Shown piece after piece: positions 1 through 10,181 of a stretch of DNA of 64,000 bases. How positions within the stretch are numbered: the first letter of the stretch is position 1; every line of letters begins with the position of its first letter. Under the pieces are notes generated by a model. The model was given only the letters and a program-made list of their open reading frames with translations. It was not told the DNA's origin and made no database searches. The translations under genes and the position numbers were made by a program. The stretch is from Limisphaerales bacterium (GTDB lineage: Bacteria > Verrucomicrobiota > Verrucomicrobiia > Limisphaerales > JAJOIW01), in the NCBI GenBank assembly GCA_965657355.1, contig CBFHOE010000005.1, forward strand, positions 1 to 64,000. Direction: 5' to 3'.

Positions 1-438
1 AATTCCGTGAGAGCCGGGTTGGCAGACGAACCTCAAGACTATCGCTGGTGTTCATACACCGAGGCGGTTGCAGGGGGGCAAAAAGCACGAGCAGGAATAA
101 CCAGAATTGTGGGAGCTTTGGAGAACAACACCTCATGGGAAAATACAGCATCGAGCTATCGAAGGTATTTTATTCACAAAGGGGCCTCTCAAAATGATAG
201 GCGAAAGGGATTCAGTGAGGAGAAAGCAAACCAGGAAATCAGGAATGTGGGGCACTTGGGAGAGGTTTCAATATTGAAGACAAAGATGAGGTATTTTACT
301 GACGGGGTTGTCATTGGAAGTCAGCGTTTTATAGAAGAGTTCGTGAAAAGCAATAAGGCTATAGTAGGCGAAAATAGAAAAAGCCTGGGCACCGAAATAA
401 AAGGATGCGGGATCTTTTCTTTGAGGAACGTAAAGTGA
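1..438 (+). mobile_element. C-terminal part of a REP-associated tyrosine (RAYT/IS200-like Y1) transposase, truncated by the window edge
   Basis: Frame from base 1 reads NSVRAGLADEPQDYRWCSY, matching the RAYT C-terminal motif NPVRAG..P.DY.WSSY. GxVIGSxxF follows downstream. The catalytic HUH motif would lie outside the window. Confidence 0.65.
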
Positions 439-507
439 AATAAAAAGCCGTAATAATCACCTTGATTTCATTATTCTCATAATCTTTTTTCGCCAAAAAT
501 GTACACT

Positions 508-542
508 AAAAAATCTGCACGACTTGGTTAAGTTGTGCAGGT
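508..542 (-). terminator. Intrinsic terminator downstream of the bS22-like gene
   Basis: Inverted repeat ctgcacgactt-ggtt-aagttgtgcag (515-540), preceded by an A-run that is a U-tract on the minus strand. Confidence 0.55.
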
Positions 543-595
543 GAAAGTGAACAGAGCGGCACCCGAAGACATTTGAGCGCCAGATAGAAGTCTAA

Positions 596-697
596 TTACT
601 TCTGCCAGGTCCGCTTCTTGTGGCGGTTAGCTTTTAGCTGCTTTCTGCGCTTGTGTTTATTAATTTTTGACTTACGACGTTTCTTGAGCGAACCCAT
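596..697 (-). CDS. 33-aa basic protein of the bS22 / AURKAIP1-COX24 (mS38-like) small ribosomal protein family
   Basis: Hand translation: [36 protein letters not shown] at 697, TAA at 596-598. Matches the bS22 pattern MGS..K.R.K...KHK.RK.L...R. Too short for the ORF track. Confidence 0.85.
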   Translation of the reverse strand: MGSLKKRRKSKINKHKRRKQLKANRHKKRTWQK

Positions 698-740
698 ATA
701 TAGTTAATTAATGTGTATTCAGTGATTATTAGTGTGTGAT

Positions 741-1622
741 TTAATACACCACTTTATTGAGTGGGTATTCAATAATTCCTTCAGCTTGAGCATCTTTCAA
801 TTGAGGGATGATCTCTCGAACAACCGACTCATCGATAACAGTTTCCACCGCCACCCATCCTTCCATACTCAAACGGGAGATGGTTGGATTACGCAATGCT
901 GGAAGATTTTGCAATAAAATTACGAGATTTTTTTCTTCGATATTTAATTTTAATCCAACTTTTGACTCGGCATCCAAGGCTCCACGGAGAAGCATCCCAA
1001 TCGTATGCATCTTCTTACGCTTCCATTCGTCTTTTAGCGAATCGTTGTTGGCAATGAGTCTAGGAGTGGATTCAAGCAGTGTGTCAACTATTCTCAATCG
1101 ATTGGCACGCAAGGATGAGCCGGTTTCAGTCAATTCAACGATGGCATCAACTAATTCGTGTGCTTTAAATTCAGTAGCCCCCCATGAAAACTCAACATTT
1201 GCCTCAACTCCATGCTTTGCCAGGTAGTTTTTAGTGATCTGAATGACTTCAGTAGCAATAGTTTTTCCCTGCAGATCTTTTACGGATTTAATTGGAGATT
1301 CCTCTGGGACGGCAAGCACCCAACGAGATGGCCTACTAGTAGCTCTGCTGAATCGAAATTCTCCTATTTCTGTGACGTCGGACTGGTTTTCCCTTACCCA
1401 ATCGTGCCCAGTGATACCACAATCCAGGTAGCCATGATCGACATACCTGCTGACCTCCTGCGCTCTGATGAGTCTTATTTCTAGCTCACTGTCGTCCACT
1501 GAAGGCACGTAGGAACGGCTGCTGACTCTAATTTTCCAGCCTGCTTTTTCCATTCTAGCAATTGTAGGGTCCTGCAAACTCCCTTTGGGGAGTCCTATCA
1601 GTAATTTCTTACTTTCACTCAT
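741..1622 (-). CDS. hisG: ATP phosphoribosyltransferase (long form)
   Basis: Motifs GLPKGSL, DCGITGHD, SWGATE, DAIVELTETGSSLRAN, and a C-terminal regulatory domain ending AEGIIEYPLNK. Confidence 0.96.
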   Translation of the reverse strand: MSESKKLLIGLPKGSLQDPTIARMEKAGWKIRVSSRSYVPSVDDSELEIRLIRAQEVSRYVDHGYLDCGITGHDWVRENQSDVTEIGEFRFSRATSRPSRWVLAVPEESPIKSVKDLQGKTIATEVIQITKNYLAKHGVEANVEFSWGATEFKAHELVDAIVELTETGSSLRANRLRIVDTLLESTPRLIANNDSLKDEWKRKKMHTIGMLLRGALDAESKVGLKLNIEEKNLVILLQNLPALRNPTISRLSMEGWVAVETVIDESVVREIIPQLKDAQAEGIIEYPLNKVVY

Positions 1623-1637
1623 TTTTTAATAAATTTT

Positions 1638-2267
1638 TTAATCTTTTTTCCAAACTGCATTTCTGCCGACGATTTGAATTTTATCATTCATCAAGGCTGA
1701 GAGTATTTTTGGATAGAGTCCCCATTCAGACTCTTGAATTCTCTGATGAAGAGTATCTGCGTTATCATCATCGAGCACTGGTACAGGCTCTTGACCAAGG
1801 ATTGTTCCAGTATCGACTCCTCTGTCCACGAGGTGCACAGTGCACCCTGTGAACTTAACCCTGTAGTCCAATGCTTGTTCCCAAGCCCTTAAGCCAGGAA
1901 AGGAAGGTAAAAGAGAAGGGTGTATATTTACAATCTTTTCCGGAAAGGCTTGTAAAAATGAACTTTTTAGAACCCGCATGAAGCCTGCTAGAATGACCCA
2001 ATCTGCACCGGCCTCTTTAAATGCATCGATGTAATCCTTTTCAGCCTCATCACTGAGTCTGGCCCGGTAATTTCCTGGGGGTATGTATTTGGCGGGTACG
2101 CCAAATTTGTCTGCTAATGCCAGTATGCCAGCATCTGGCACATCACTTACCACAAGGACGGCTTCAGCAGGAATTTCTCCGGATTCGATAGCCCTAAAAA
2201 TAGCTTTGAAATTTGAGCCTTTACCTGAACCCAGGATTCCTAATCTTTTATGAATTATATCACCCAC
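1638..2267 (-). CDS. purN: Phosphoribosylglycinamide formyltransferase
   Basis: Motifs SGKGSNF, LAGFMRVL, NIHPSLLPSFPG, GCTVHLVDRGVDTG. Confidence 0.96.
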   Translation of the reverse strand: MGDIIHKRLGILGSGKGSNFKAIFRAIESGEIPAEAVLVVSDVPDAGILALADKFGVPAKYIPPGNYRARLSDEAEKDYIDAFKEAGADWVILAGFMRVLKSSFLQAFPEKIVNIHPSLLPSFPGLRAWEQALDYRVKFTGCTVHLVDRGVDTGTILGQEPVPVLDDDNADTLHQRIQESEWGLYPKILSALMNDKIQIVGRNAVWKKD

Positions 2268-2451
2268 TCCTTTTCTTCCTACCAGACACGAATGTTAAAG
2301 ACAAAATGTTTTAAGATCTCGAGAGACTTGATTCGAGAAAAATAAGGTTGTTCGTATTAAAATAAATTGAGTGCATGGAGCGAAAACCATCAAAAAGAGA
2401 AAAATTGTCCATACGTATGTGACCGGTGCTGCATCAGTTAAAAAGAAACGT

Positions 2452-3489
2452 CTATGAATAATCCTGATAATTTTCGACGGTTGCAGGGTGCAGTTCGACG
2501 AAGTGCTCAGGTTTGACTTCTTTGAACACACCAGGTTGTCTAGCTTGTTCCGGCGAGTGCGGGATCCAGCTTCTCGAGGCGAATGCGCACCCCTCAGGTG
2601 GAGAAATGGGAGAAGGAGGATCTCCCTTGAGAACGATTCTTTTTCTTGTTTTTTCGGAATGCGGGTCAGGATGTGGGACGGCACTTATCAAAGCTTTAGT
2701 GTAGGCGTGAATTGGATCTTCCATTATTTCCGAGGCATCACCGAGCTCTATGATTTTTCCCAAATACATGACTGCTATTCTGTCGGCAATGTATTTCACC
2801 ACCGAGAGGTCATGTGAAATAAAAACCATCGTCAATGACATTTCTTCTACTAACTCACTCAGTAGATTTAAAATTTGTGATTGAATGGAGACATCTAAGG
2901 CACTGACTGGCTCGTCGGCTAGTATTAATTTAGGTTCAGGGGCCAAAGCTCTGGCTATGGCAACTCTTTGTCTCTGTCCGCCTGAAAATTCGTGAGGGTA
3001 TTTATTCATTTGATGGGGACGCAGACCAACTTTTTTCATAAGGTTTGCAACACGATCTTGAAGCTCAGAATTTCTCACATCATGTGTAACGCGAACAGCT
3101 TCAGCCAAAGTGTCGAAAACTGTGAGCCGGGGATTTAGCGAAGCGTATGGGTCTTGAAAAATCATTTGGAAATTGGGCCGGATAGCTCGAAGTTCCTTGT
3201 TTGACAATGTCGTTAGGTCCATTCCATTGAGTAGGATTTTACCGGAGGTTGGACGCACCAGTTGCATAATGGTTCTGGATAAGGTTGTCTTACCACATCC
3301 AGATTCACCAACCAACCCTAGTATTTCACCACGCTTAATAGTTAGAGAAACCCCATCTACTGCTTTGACGAAAGACTTTTGTTTTGATGAGAAAATTCCC
3401 TTTGCGAGAGGAAACCAAGTTTTCACATTCTCAAGAATGAGAACGTCATCATTATCGTGAGTAATATCGCCGCTTGATGTTTCGCTCAT
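2452..3489 (-). CDS. oppF: Oligopeptide ABC transporter ATP-binding protein
   Basis: Walker A GESGCGKT, QMIFQDPYASLNPR, signature FSGGQRQR, DEPVSALDVS, C-terminal oligopeptide-transporter domain. Confidence 0.9.
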   Translation of the reverse strand: MSETSSGDITHDNDDVLILENVKTWFPLAKGIFSSKQKSFVKAVDGVSLTIKRGEILGLVGESGCGKTTLSRTIMQLVRPTSGKILLNGMDLTTLSNKELRAIRPNFQMIFQDPYASLNPRLTVFDTLAEAVRVTHDVRNSELQDRVANLMKKVGLRPHQMNKYPHEFSGGQRQRVAIARALAPEPKLILADEPVSALDVSIQSQILNLLSELVEEMSLTMVFISHDLSVVKYIADRIAVMYLGKIIELGDASEIMEDPIHAYTKALISAVPHPDPHSEKTRKRIVLKGDPPSPISPPEGCAFASRSWIPHSPEQARQPGVFKEVKPEHFVELHPATVENYQDYS

Positions 3490-4481
3490 TGGTTAAGATA
3501 TTCTTTATAATTTTCTACTGTGGATGGGTGCACTTCCACCCAGTGACCCGGCTTGATTTCCAGAAACTCACTACGCATTTCTGCCTCTTCGTCTGAGAAT
3601 TCCAAATCACTTCTTGGGGTAAAAGCGCATGGTGGTCTATCTCCGATTAACTGAGGAGGCAACCCCGGGATGGTATATAGTTTTTCACCTTTGTCTTGGG
3701 TCGATGGAATGGATTTTTTCAGAGCCCTGGTGTAGGCATGTTTTGCATCATAGAAGATATTTTCGGAAGTCCCTGATTCGACGATCTGGCCGGCATACAT
3801 TACGTTGATTCGATCACAGAATCCAGCCACGACCCCCAGATCGTGAGTGATAAGGACAACCGCCATTCCTATTTCAGATTGCATCTGTTTGATGAGTTCC
3901 AGTATCTGAGCTTGGACAGTTACGTCGAGAGCGGTAGTTGGCTCATCAGCGATAAGAAGATCGGGTTTTGCAATAAGTGCCATTGCGATCATCACTCGTT
4001 GGCGCATGCCACCAGAGAATTCATGCGGATGCAATCGGATGCGATTCTTGGCATCTGGTATTCCAACAGCATCCATCATTTCGAGAGCCCGTTTTCTTGC
4101 TTCAGATTTAGAACAAACCTTGTGAATGAGCAAAGGCTCTATCAATTGTGTTTCGATTTTCAGGTAAGGGTTCAAAGAGGTCATAGGATCCTGAAATATC
4201 ATGGACACACTTTTCCCTCGGATCTTATTGATTTCTTTTTCCTTGAGAGTTAAGAGGTCTTTTCCGTTAAAGAGTGCTTTGCCATTAACTATGCGACCCG
4301 GGGGCTTAGGAATCAGTCCCATCATGGAGTAACAAGTCACTGATTTGCCTGAGCCTGATTCACCGACAATGCCAAGAGTTTCCCCTTTTTCGAGGGAGAA
4401 AGAGACACCGTCTACAGCCCTGACGGCTCCTTGTCTAGTATCAAAATAAGTAGTTAGGTTGTTAACTTCGAGAAGCGCCAT
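3486..4481 (-). CDS. oppD: Oligopeptide ABC transporter ATP-binding protein
   Basis: GESGSGKS, MIFQDPMTSLNP, FSGGMRQR, DEPTTALDVTVQAQIL. Overlaps oppF by 4 nt. Confidence 0.9.
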   Translation of the reverse strand: MALLEVNNLTTYFDTRQGAVRAVDGVSFSLEKGETLGIVGESGSGKSVTCYSMMGLIPKPPGRIVNGKALFNGKDLLTLKEKEINKIRGKSVSMIFQDPMTSLNPYLKIETQLIEPLLIHKVCSKSEARKRALEMMDAVGIPDAKNRIRLHPHEFSGGMRQRVMIAMALIAKPDLLIADEPTTALDVTVQAQILELIKQMQSEIGMAVVLITHDLGVVAGFCDRINVMYAGQIVESGTSENIFYDAKHAYTRALKKSIPSTQDKGEKLYTIPGLPPQLIGDRPPCAFTPRSDLEFSDEEAEMRSEFLEIKPGHWVEVHPSTVENYKEYLNQ

Positions 4482-4496
4482 AATGGAGGGAATGGT

Positions 4497-5399
4497 TTAA
4501 TTTTTACGGGTCGTTTTAGGATCCAGGGCATCACGCAATCCATCCCCAAGAAAATTAAAAGAGAACAGAGTTGCTGCGAAAAAAGCCCCAGGAAATGCGA
4601 TCATCCACCATGCAACAATAGTTCTGTCTGCACCATCTTTGATCATCGTTCCCCAAGAAGTCATTGGCGGCTGGACCCCCAATCCAAGAAAACTAAGAAA
4701 AGATTCCAGGATCATAACCGCAGGGATAGTGAGAGTCGTATATACGATAACCGGGCCGAGTATATTGGGAATCATATGACGAAAAATGATTCGAGGAGCT
4801 TTTAAGCCAAGAGATCGACAACTCTCAATAAATTCTTGTTTTTTAAGGGATATGACTTGCGCCCGGACAATACGTGCCATCGTCAGCCATTCCACTGCGC
4901 CGATGGCAGCAAACATCAACAATATGTTATCCCCAAAAAGAACCATCAGGAGAATAACAAACATAGTGAAAGGCAAAGCGTATAAAATATCCACGACTCT
5001 CATCATGAAACGATCTGTCTTTCCGCCGACGTAACCTGAGATAGCTCCATAGGTTATTCCAATAGTCAAGGAAACCGCGGTAGCGGCAATCCCGACCAAA
5101 AGAGAGATGCGGCCACCATGAAGAATTCTGGAGAGCTGGTCTCTACCAAGGTGATCTGAACCAAAAAGAAATTCTTTACCGGGGGGGGAGAAATATTTTT
5201 CTCTCTGTTGAACCTGATAATCGAATTTGAAAATCTCTGGTAATATGAAACATGCTATGGTGAGAACGAAAATAAAGACGGCGCTGAACATGGCCATTTT
5301 GTTTTGGCGCAATCGGTACCATGCACCGACCCACAGGGACTCCCCTTTCTCAAAATTTTCAAGTTTTCTTTTACTGACGAGTTGAGTCATGTGAATCAA
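4497..5399 (-). CDS. oppC: Oligopeptide ABC transporter permease
   Basis: FGSDHLGRD, GGRISLLVG, ESFLSFLGLGVQPP, FNFLGDGLRDALDP. Confidence 0.9.
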   Translation of the reverse strand: MIHMTQLVSKRKLENFEKGESLWVGAWYRLRQNKMAMFSAVFIFVLTIACFILPEIFKFDYQVQQREKYFSPPGKEFLFGSDHLGRDQLSRILHGGRISLLVGIAATAVSLTIGITYGAISGYVGGKTDRFMMRVVDILYALPFTMFVILLMVLFGDNILLMFAAIGAVEWLTMARIVRAQVISLKKQEFIESCRSLGLKAPRIIFRHMIPNILGPVIVYTTLTIPAVMILESFLSFLGLGVQPPMTSWGTMIKDGADRTIVAWWMIAFPGAFFAATLFSFNFLGDGLRDALDPKTTRKN

Positions 5400-6307
5400 T
5401 CTTTGAAGGAAAGTTTAGGGTTTAAGACGACCAAGGCGATATCAACTATGAGATTGAATATAATTATTAATGCTGCGAAAAACAGGACTAAGCCAGTAAT
5501 GAAAGTAATATCGCGATTACTGACAGCGTTGACAAATTCCTGCCCCATTCCTGGAATACCAAATACAGTTTCTACAACGAAAGAACCTGCTATGAGTCCG
5601 GCAGCAGCTGGCCCTAAAAAACTAATTACAGGCAACAACCCACCTCTGATTGCATGCTTTAAGATAACTTGCACTTTAGAGGCGCCTTTGGACATGGCGG
5701 TACGGATGAAGTCCTGACTGAGGACTTCTAGCATTCCGCCACGAGTAAGACGAGCGACATATGCCGCGTAATACAAACCGAGAGTTAAAGACGGTAATAT
5801 TTTATCTGAAGCGTATTCCCAGCCCGTAGCATTAAACCATTGAAGATTCACTGCGAAAATTAAGACCAAGGCAGGTCCCATGACAAAAGTGGGAAGACAG
5901 ATTCCCACCATCGAAACAGCACTAGGAATATAATCCAAAAAGCTATTTGGCCTTAAAGAAGCTAAAACTCCGGATGGGATTCCCAGAAGAAGCGCCACCC
6001 CAAGAGAATAAAATCCCAATTCTACTGAAACTTTAAATTTTGTGGCAATCATGCTTCCTACTTTACGGTTTGGGAACTTGGTTGAAGGAAGATTTGGGAA
6101 CTGAAATGTGTATGTGAGATACTGTTTCCATCCAGGCTGATCTAGACCGTAATAGGATTCCAATTGCTTTTTGACTGCTTCGGGCACCTTCTTTTCCGCA
6201 TCGAAAGGACCACCAGGGATTGCCTTCGATAAGAAGAAAGTGATTAGTGAAACACAAAGGAGTACACCTATGGATTCAATCAACCTCGTGATTATGAATT
6301 TGAGCAT
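5396..6307 (-). CDS. oppB: Oligopeptide ABC transporter permease
   Basis: PGGPFD, EAA loop DFIRTAMSKG, VETVFGIPGMG, several hydrophobic helices. Confidence 0.9.
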   Translation of the reverse strand: MLKFIITRLIESIGVLLCVSLITFFLSKAIPGGPFDAEKKVPEAVKKQLESYYGLDQPGWKQYLTYTFQFPNLPSTKFPNRKVGSMIATKFKVSVELGFYSLGVALLLGIPSGVLASLRPNSFLDYIPSAVSMVGICLPTFVMGPALVLIFAVNLQWFNATGWEYASDKILPSLTLGLYYAAYVARLTRGGMLEVLSQDFIRTAMSKGASKVQVILKHAIRGGLLPVISFLGPAAAGLIAGSFVVETVFGIPGMGQEFVNAVSNRDITFITGLVLFFAALIIIFNLIVDIALVVLNPKLSFKD

Positions 6308-6341
6308 CTTTCCGGAAAGGAGTTAATAAGAGAGGCTGCTA

Positions 6342-7961
6342 TCACTCATTACTGAGATAAATATGTTTCCAGGGGTGGTGATCCAAAATATTAGGATTCC
6401 AATTTTTCACCTCGGGCCTAAGTGCGTAAACACGGGTGTAATAGTAGATGGGGATAATAGGCATTTCCTCAAGCAGGACGGCCTCAGCATTTTGGAAGAA
6501 CTCGAAACGCTTGGCTGAATCTTGCTCACCAGCCGCACTTTTTATGAGGTCATCAAATTTTTTATTGTTCCATCCAGTTTGGTTTTGCTCACTCCAGGAT
6601 GTCCACATATCAAGAAAGGTATTTGGATCTGGATAATCGCCAGTCCAACCCGCCCTGGAGATGTCGTAGTCCAGGTTTCTTTGTGAGTCGAGGTAGACTT
6701 TCCATTCTTGGTTGGAGAGTTTGATATTCACATTGAGCGACTCAGTCCACATTTGCTGAATGGCTTCGGCGATATTTCTGTGGCCTTCATTCGTGTTGTA
6801 TAGAAGTTCGATTTCAGGAAATCCTTCTCCGTTTGGATACCCAGCTTCTGCCAGCAGTTTCCTGGCCTCCTCAAGATTCTCTTCAAATCCATTTTTAGAA
6901 GTATACCCAGCAGTATCTGGCGGCACCATTGAGAAAGCAGGCATTTGCTCTCCTTTGGCAACATTATCGATTAGGCTCTTTCGATTAATGGCGAGTGCCA
7001 ATGCACGCCTAACCCGCGAGTCATCTAGAGGCTTTTTGGTGGTATTGAATCGGTAAAAGTAAACAGCTAGGTGAGGGTTGATGTGAAGTAAGTCGGGGAA
7101 ATCTCGCTTGTAGAGGGCGATTTGGTCTTGTGGCAGGCTGTAAACGTTATGCAATTGACCAGTGCGGAAAGCTGCCTCGGCAACGGTGTCTTTGACCAAG
7201 GGCTTAAAGGTTATGGTGTTAAGCTTTGTGGTTTCTCTATCCCAATAAGATTCGCTTTTAGCGAGGACCATTTTGTTATTTTGGATCCACTCTTTGAGGA
7301 CAAAAGCTCCGTTGCCCTGGAAATTTCCTGGCAACGTCCATTCATTTCCAGGTTCGTATAGTTCTCCATATTTTTGGATAATATCGATTGGCACAGGAAA
7401 CCAAGTGTAATGGTTAAGAAGTGATAAAAAGTATGGTGTTGATTCTTTAAGAGTAATCTCGAGAGTGAGGTCATCAATAGCTTTACACCCCACCTCGGAC
7501 CAATCTGTGATTTGGCCATTGAGATATTCCTCTGCATTTTTCATTGGGAACATCATGTAAGAGTATTTGGATCCCAAAGAAGCTGTGAGGATTCTCTTGA
7601 AAGACTCAACAAAATCTTGAGCCGTCACCTGCCTACCATGTGACCATTTGGCGTCATCACGCAGAAGGAAGGTGTATGTAATACCATCATCCGAAATCGC
7701 CCAGGACTCTGCGACGCCAGGGACTGGATGCAAATCTTTGGGGTCTTCATTGACGAGCCCCTCGAAAAGAGCGGTTATGACATGGTGCTCTGGAACCCCC
7801 GTGACAACATGCGGGTCAATATTTTCAACGGCTGCTCCGACGGTGATGGTAAGTGCCTGGTTTTCGGTTCCGGTCGAAACAGCTGTTTTTCTGGGTCCAC
7901 AAGCCGTGAACCCGAGGAGGCCGGCTACAATAATAAGGGAGAGTTTATTCCATGCTTTCAT
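6342..7961 (-). CDS. oppA: Oligopeptide ABC transporter substrate-binding lipoprotein (start probably 7961 rather than 8003)
   Basis: Lipoprotein signal MKAWNK...FTAC and family-5 SBP motifs LFEGL, PGVAESW, YTFLLR..AKWS, RAGWTGDYPDP. Confidence 0.9.
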   Translation of the reverse strand: MKAWNKLSLIIVAGLLGFTACGPRKTAVSTGTENQALTITVGAAVENIDPHVVTGVPEHHVITALFEGLVNEDPKDLHPVPGVAESWAISDDGITYTFLLRDDAKWSHGRQVTAQDFVESFKRILTASLGSKYSYMMFPMKNAEEYLNGQITDWSEVGCKAIDDLTLEITLKESTPYFLSLLNHYTWFPVPIDIIQKYGELYEPGNEWTLPGNFQGNGAFVLKEWIQNNKMVLAKSESYWDRETTKLNTITFKPLVKDTVAEAAFRTGQLHNVYSLPQDQIALYKRDFPDLLHINPHLAVYFYRFNTTKKPLDDSRVRRALALAINRKSLIDNVAKGEQMPAFSMVPPDTAGYTSKNGFEENLEEARKLLAEAGYPNGEGFPEIELLYNTNEGHRNIAEAIQQMWTESLNVNIKLSNQEWKVYLDSQRNLDYDISRAGWTGDYPDPNTFLDMWTSWSEQNQTGWNNKKFDDLIKSAAGEQDSAKRFEFFQNAEAVLLEEMPIIPIYYYTRVYALRPEVKNWNPNILDHHPWKHIYLSNE

Positions 7962-8051
7962 GTGAGGTTTAAATTCAAGAAATTTTATAATTGTCCACAA
8001 CATAGCAATTTTTTTTCAAAACGAAAATACGGTAATTCGACTTGAGAGCTT

Positions 8052-10091
8052 TTAACCTTCGTGGGGAGAATTGGCTCCGATGGATTCTAGGAAGGGTTGG
8101 ATATGACTTATACGACCTAAGAAGTCTTCCACGAGCTCATTTGGATCACGGGAACCACCCGGCTGGTATATTGTTTGGCGTAGTTTTTTGCCCATTTCAA
8201 AATCCTGATATCCTTTGGCTGATTTTTTGAAGGCGGTATTCAAGTCGGCAGCTATGGCATCAGCCCAGGCATAACTGTAATATCCCGCATCATATCCGCA
8301 TAAATGCCCAAAATAAGCCGCAAATGCACTGTCTTCAGGGTGTTTGATAAATACTTCATCAAGAACACCGTTGGCCTCTTTGATGGAGTCAAAAGGCTGA
8401 TTGAGATCCCTTTCTCTGTGAAGATGCATGTCGACCAAACTAAAACTGACTTGTCTAGTGTAAAATGAACCTTTGACTGCTTTATCTGCTGCCTTCATTC
8501 GGACCAGTATGTCTTCTGGGATTGTTTTTTCCTTGTCGCGATAGTCCCGAGCAAAAGTATCGAGGGTTTCTTTATCCCAAGCCCAAAATTCTAACATCTG
8601 TGATGGGACTTCCACGAAATCGTGATCCACTCCAGTTCCGGAATAGCGATTGGTTTCAGCGTTAGTCAAAATACTATGCATTGCGTGACCAAATTCGTGG
8701 AAGAGTGTTTCAACCTCATTGTGGGTTAAAAGTGAGGGTTTCCCCTCTTCAGGAAGGGCAAAATTGCAAATTAACGCAACGACTGGGCATTGGTATGCGC
8801 CGGATTGCAATCTTCTGCCAGGGATCAAACCAAATTGAGCGAAGTGATTGAATTTCCCCTCTCTTGGAAACATATCAAGATACAAGCAGCCGAGGAGCGC
8901 ACCTGTTTCATTATCACTTACTGCAAATGCCTCAAGATCATCGGCCCATTTGTAGCCAGGATCAAAAGGCTCAATTTTCAGGGAGAAGATGGCTTCAAAT
9001 GTGGTGAACATGCCCTCTAAAACCTGCCTGTATGGGAAGAAATTCCTGAGTTCCTCCTGATCGACTTCAAATTTCTTCTTTTTATAAAGATTCTGGTAAT
9101 ACCGGAAGTCATGAAGGTGTATTTGAGCAGAGGGATTCTGTGTTTCCTCAACCTTAAGGTTTTGGAATTGAGCAAGTTCTGCATTGAATTTATCTCTTAA
9201 GCCCACCTTAAGGTCATTTAGGAATTTTTTAACGCGCTCAGGAGATTGGGCCATTCTAACCTCGGTTTTATAATGCGCCCAGGAATCATACCCCAAAAGC
9301 GTAGCGATTTTTTGTCTCAGAGAGAGAATTTCGTTGAGCAACCCGCTATTTTCTTTTTTACAAAGTGATAGGCGGTTTTCTAGGAATTTTTTGCGAGTCT
9401 CCTCAGATTTGGCGTGGTCCATGACCATCATGGTGTGCCAGGCGACATTCGCAAGGAGTTTGAAAGACCCGTCATTCTGTCGAATGCCTGGGGTATTCAG
9501 AAAGGAATCTGGCAGCCCAGCAAGCTGGTCTTTTGAAAAGACCAGCGGTTTTTGTGCTTTCGTAATATTGCTTCCAAAGTCTGTTTCAAGATCACTTAAT
9601 TTTTTTCTTAATTTTTCGACTTCATTTCTTTGATTTTTTTCAAGGCCCATCCCGCTTCTTTCGTAATCCCTCATGGTGTCTTTTAGGAATCTTTCGCGCT
9701 CCCCTTCTAATTTGGGATTTGAGTTGGAATATAGCCTGAATGCCTCATATAAATCCTCTCTGTAATCGATGCCAACAGACCATTGCTGAAATTTTTTGAT
9801 GGCAGAATCGGCCGATTCACGGATTTCGCCATTTGGATGTACTTCCTTTAAAAGGTAGATGCGATTGGCGACCTCCATGGCATCACACCATAGTGAGTCG
9901 AAGGCAGCAGCCGTATTCTCAAAGGTCTTTTCTGCTGCTGAAATAGCGCAAATACCATTAATTTCTTTCTCAGCATGTTCAATTGCTAAGTCAATGGATT
10001 TGCCAATGGCCTCAGAATTTTGTTCGAATGGAGGGACTTTGAATGATCTTTTATTTTTTGATGCAAATGAGGCCAGCACGTCAATATTCAT
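8052..10091 (-). CDS. M3 family metallopeptidase (thimet oligopeptidase-like); start uncertain (10091 or 10157)
   Basis: HEFGHAMH zinc motif, YLDMFPREGK, DFVEVPSQMLE, FGHL.GYDAGYYSYAWA. Confidence 0.9.
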   Translation of the reverse strand: MNIDVLASFASKNKRSFKVPPFEQNSEAIGKSIDLAIEHAEKEINGICAISAAEKTFENTAAAFDSLWCDAMEVANRIYLLKEVHPNGEIRESADSAIKKFQQWSVGIDYREDLYEAFRLYSNSNPKLEGERERFLKDTMRDYERSGMGLEKNQRNEVEKLRKKLSDLETDFGSNITKAQKPLVFSKDQLAGLPDSFLNTPGIRQNDGSFKLLANVAWHTMMVMDHAKSEETRKKFLENRLSLCKKENSGLLNEILSLRQKIATLLGYDSWAHYKTEVRMAQSPERVKKFLNDLKVGLRDKFNAELAQFQNLKVEETQNPSAQIHLHDFRYYQNLYKKKKFEVDQEELRNFFPYRQVLEGMFTTFEAIFSLKIEPFDPGYKWADDLEAFAVSDNETGALLGCLYLDMFPREGKFNHFAQFGLIPGRRLQSGAYQCPVVALICNFALPEEGKPSLLTHNEVETLFHEFGHAMHSILTNAETNRYSGTGVDHDFVEVPSQMLEFWAWDKETLDTFARDYRDKEKTIPEDILVRMKAADKAVKGSFYTRQVSFSLVDMHLHRERDLNQPFDSIKEANGVLDEVFIKHPEDSAFAAYFGHLCGYDAGYYSYAWADAIAADLNTAFKKSAKGYQDFEMGKKLRQTIYQPGGSRDPNELVEDFLGRISHIQPFLESIGANSPHEG

Positions 10092-10181
10092 CCTTGGGAT
10101 AATGCCATGCCTCAGCCGCAAAATGAAGCCATTTGGCAATCGATTTGACTTGCCCACGCCTCAGCCATAGATTTCAAAGTA

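Noticed and set aside
2295..2684. 129-aa ORF overlapping the oppF end
   Set aside because: Alternate-frame overlap with a well-supported gene and no recognisable motif.
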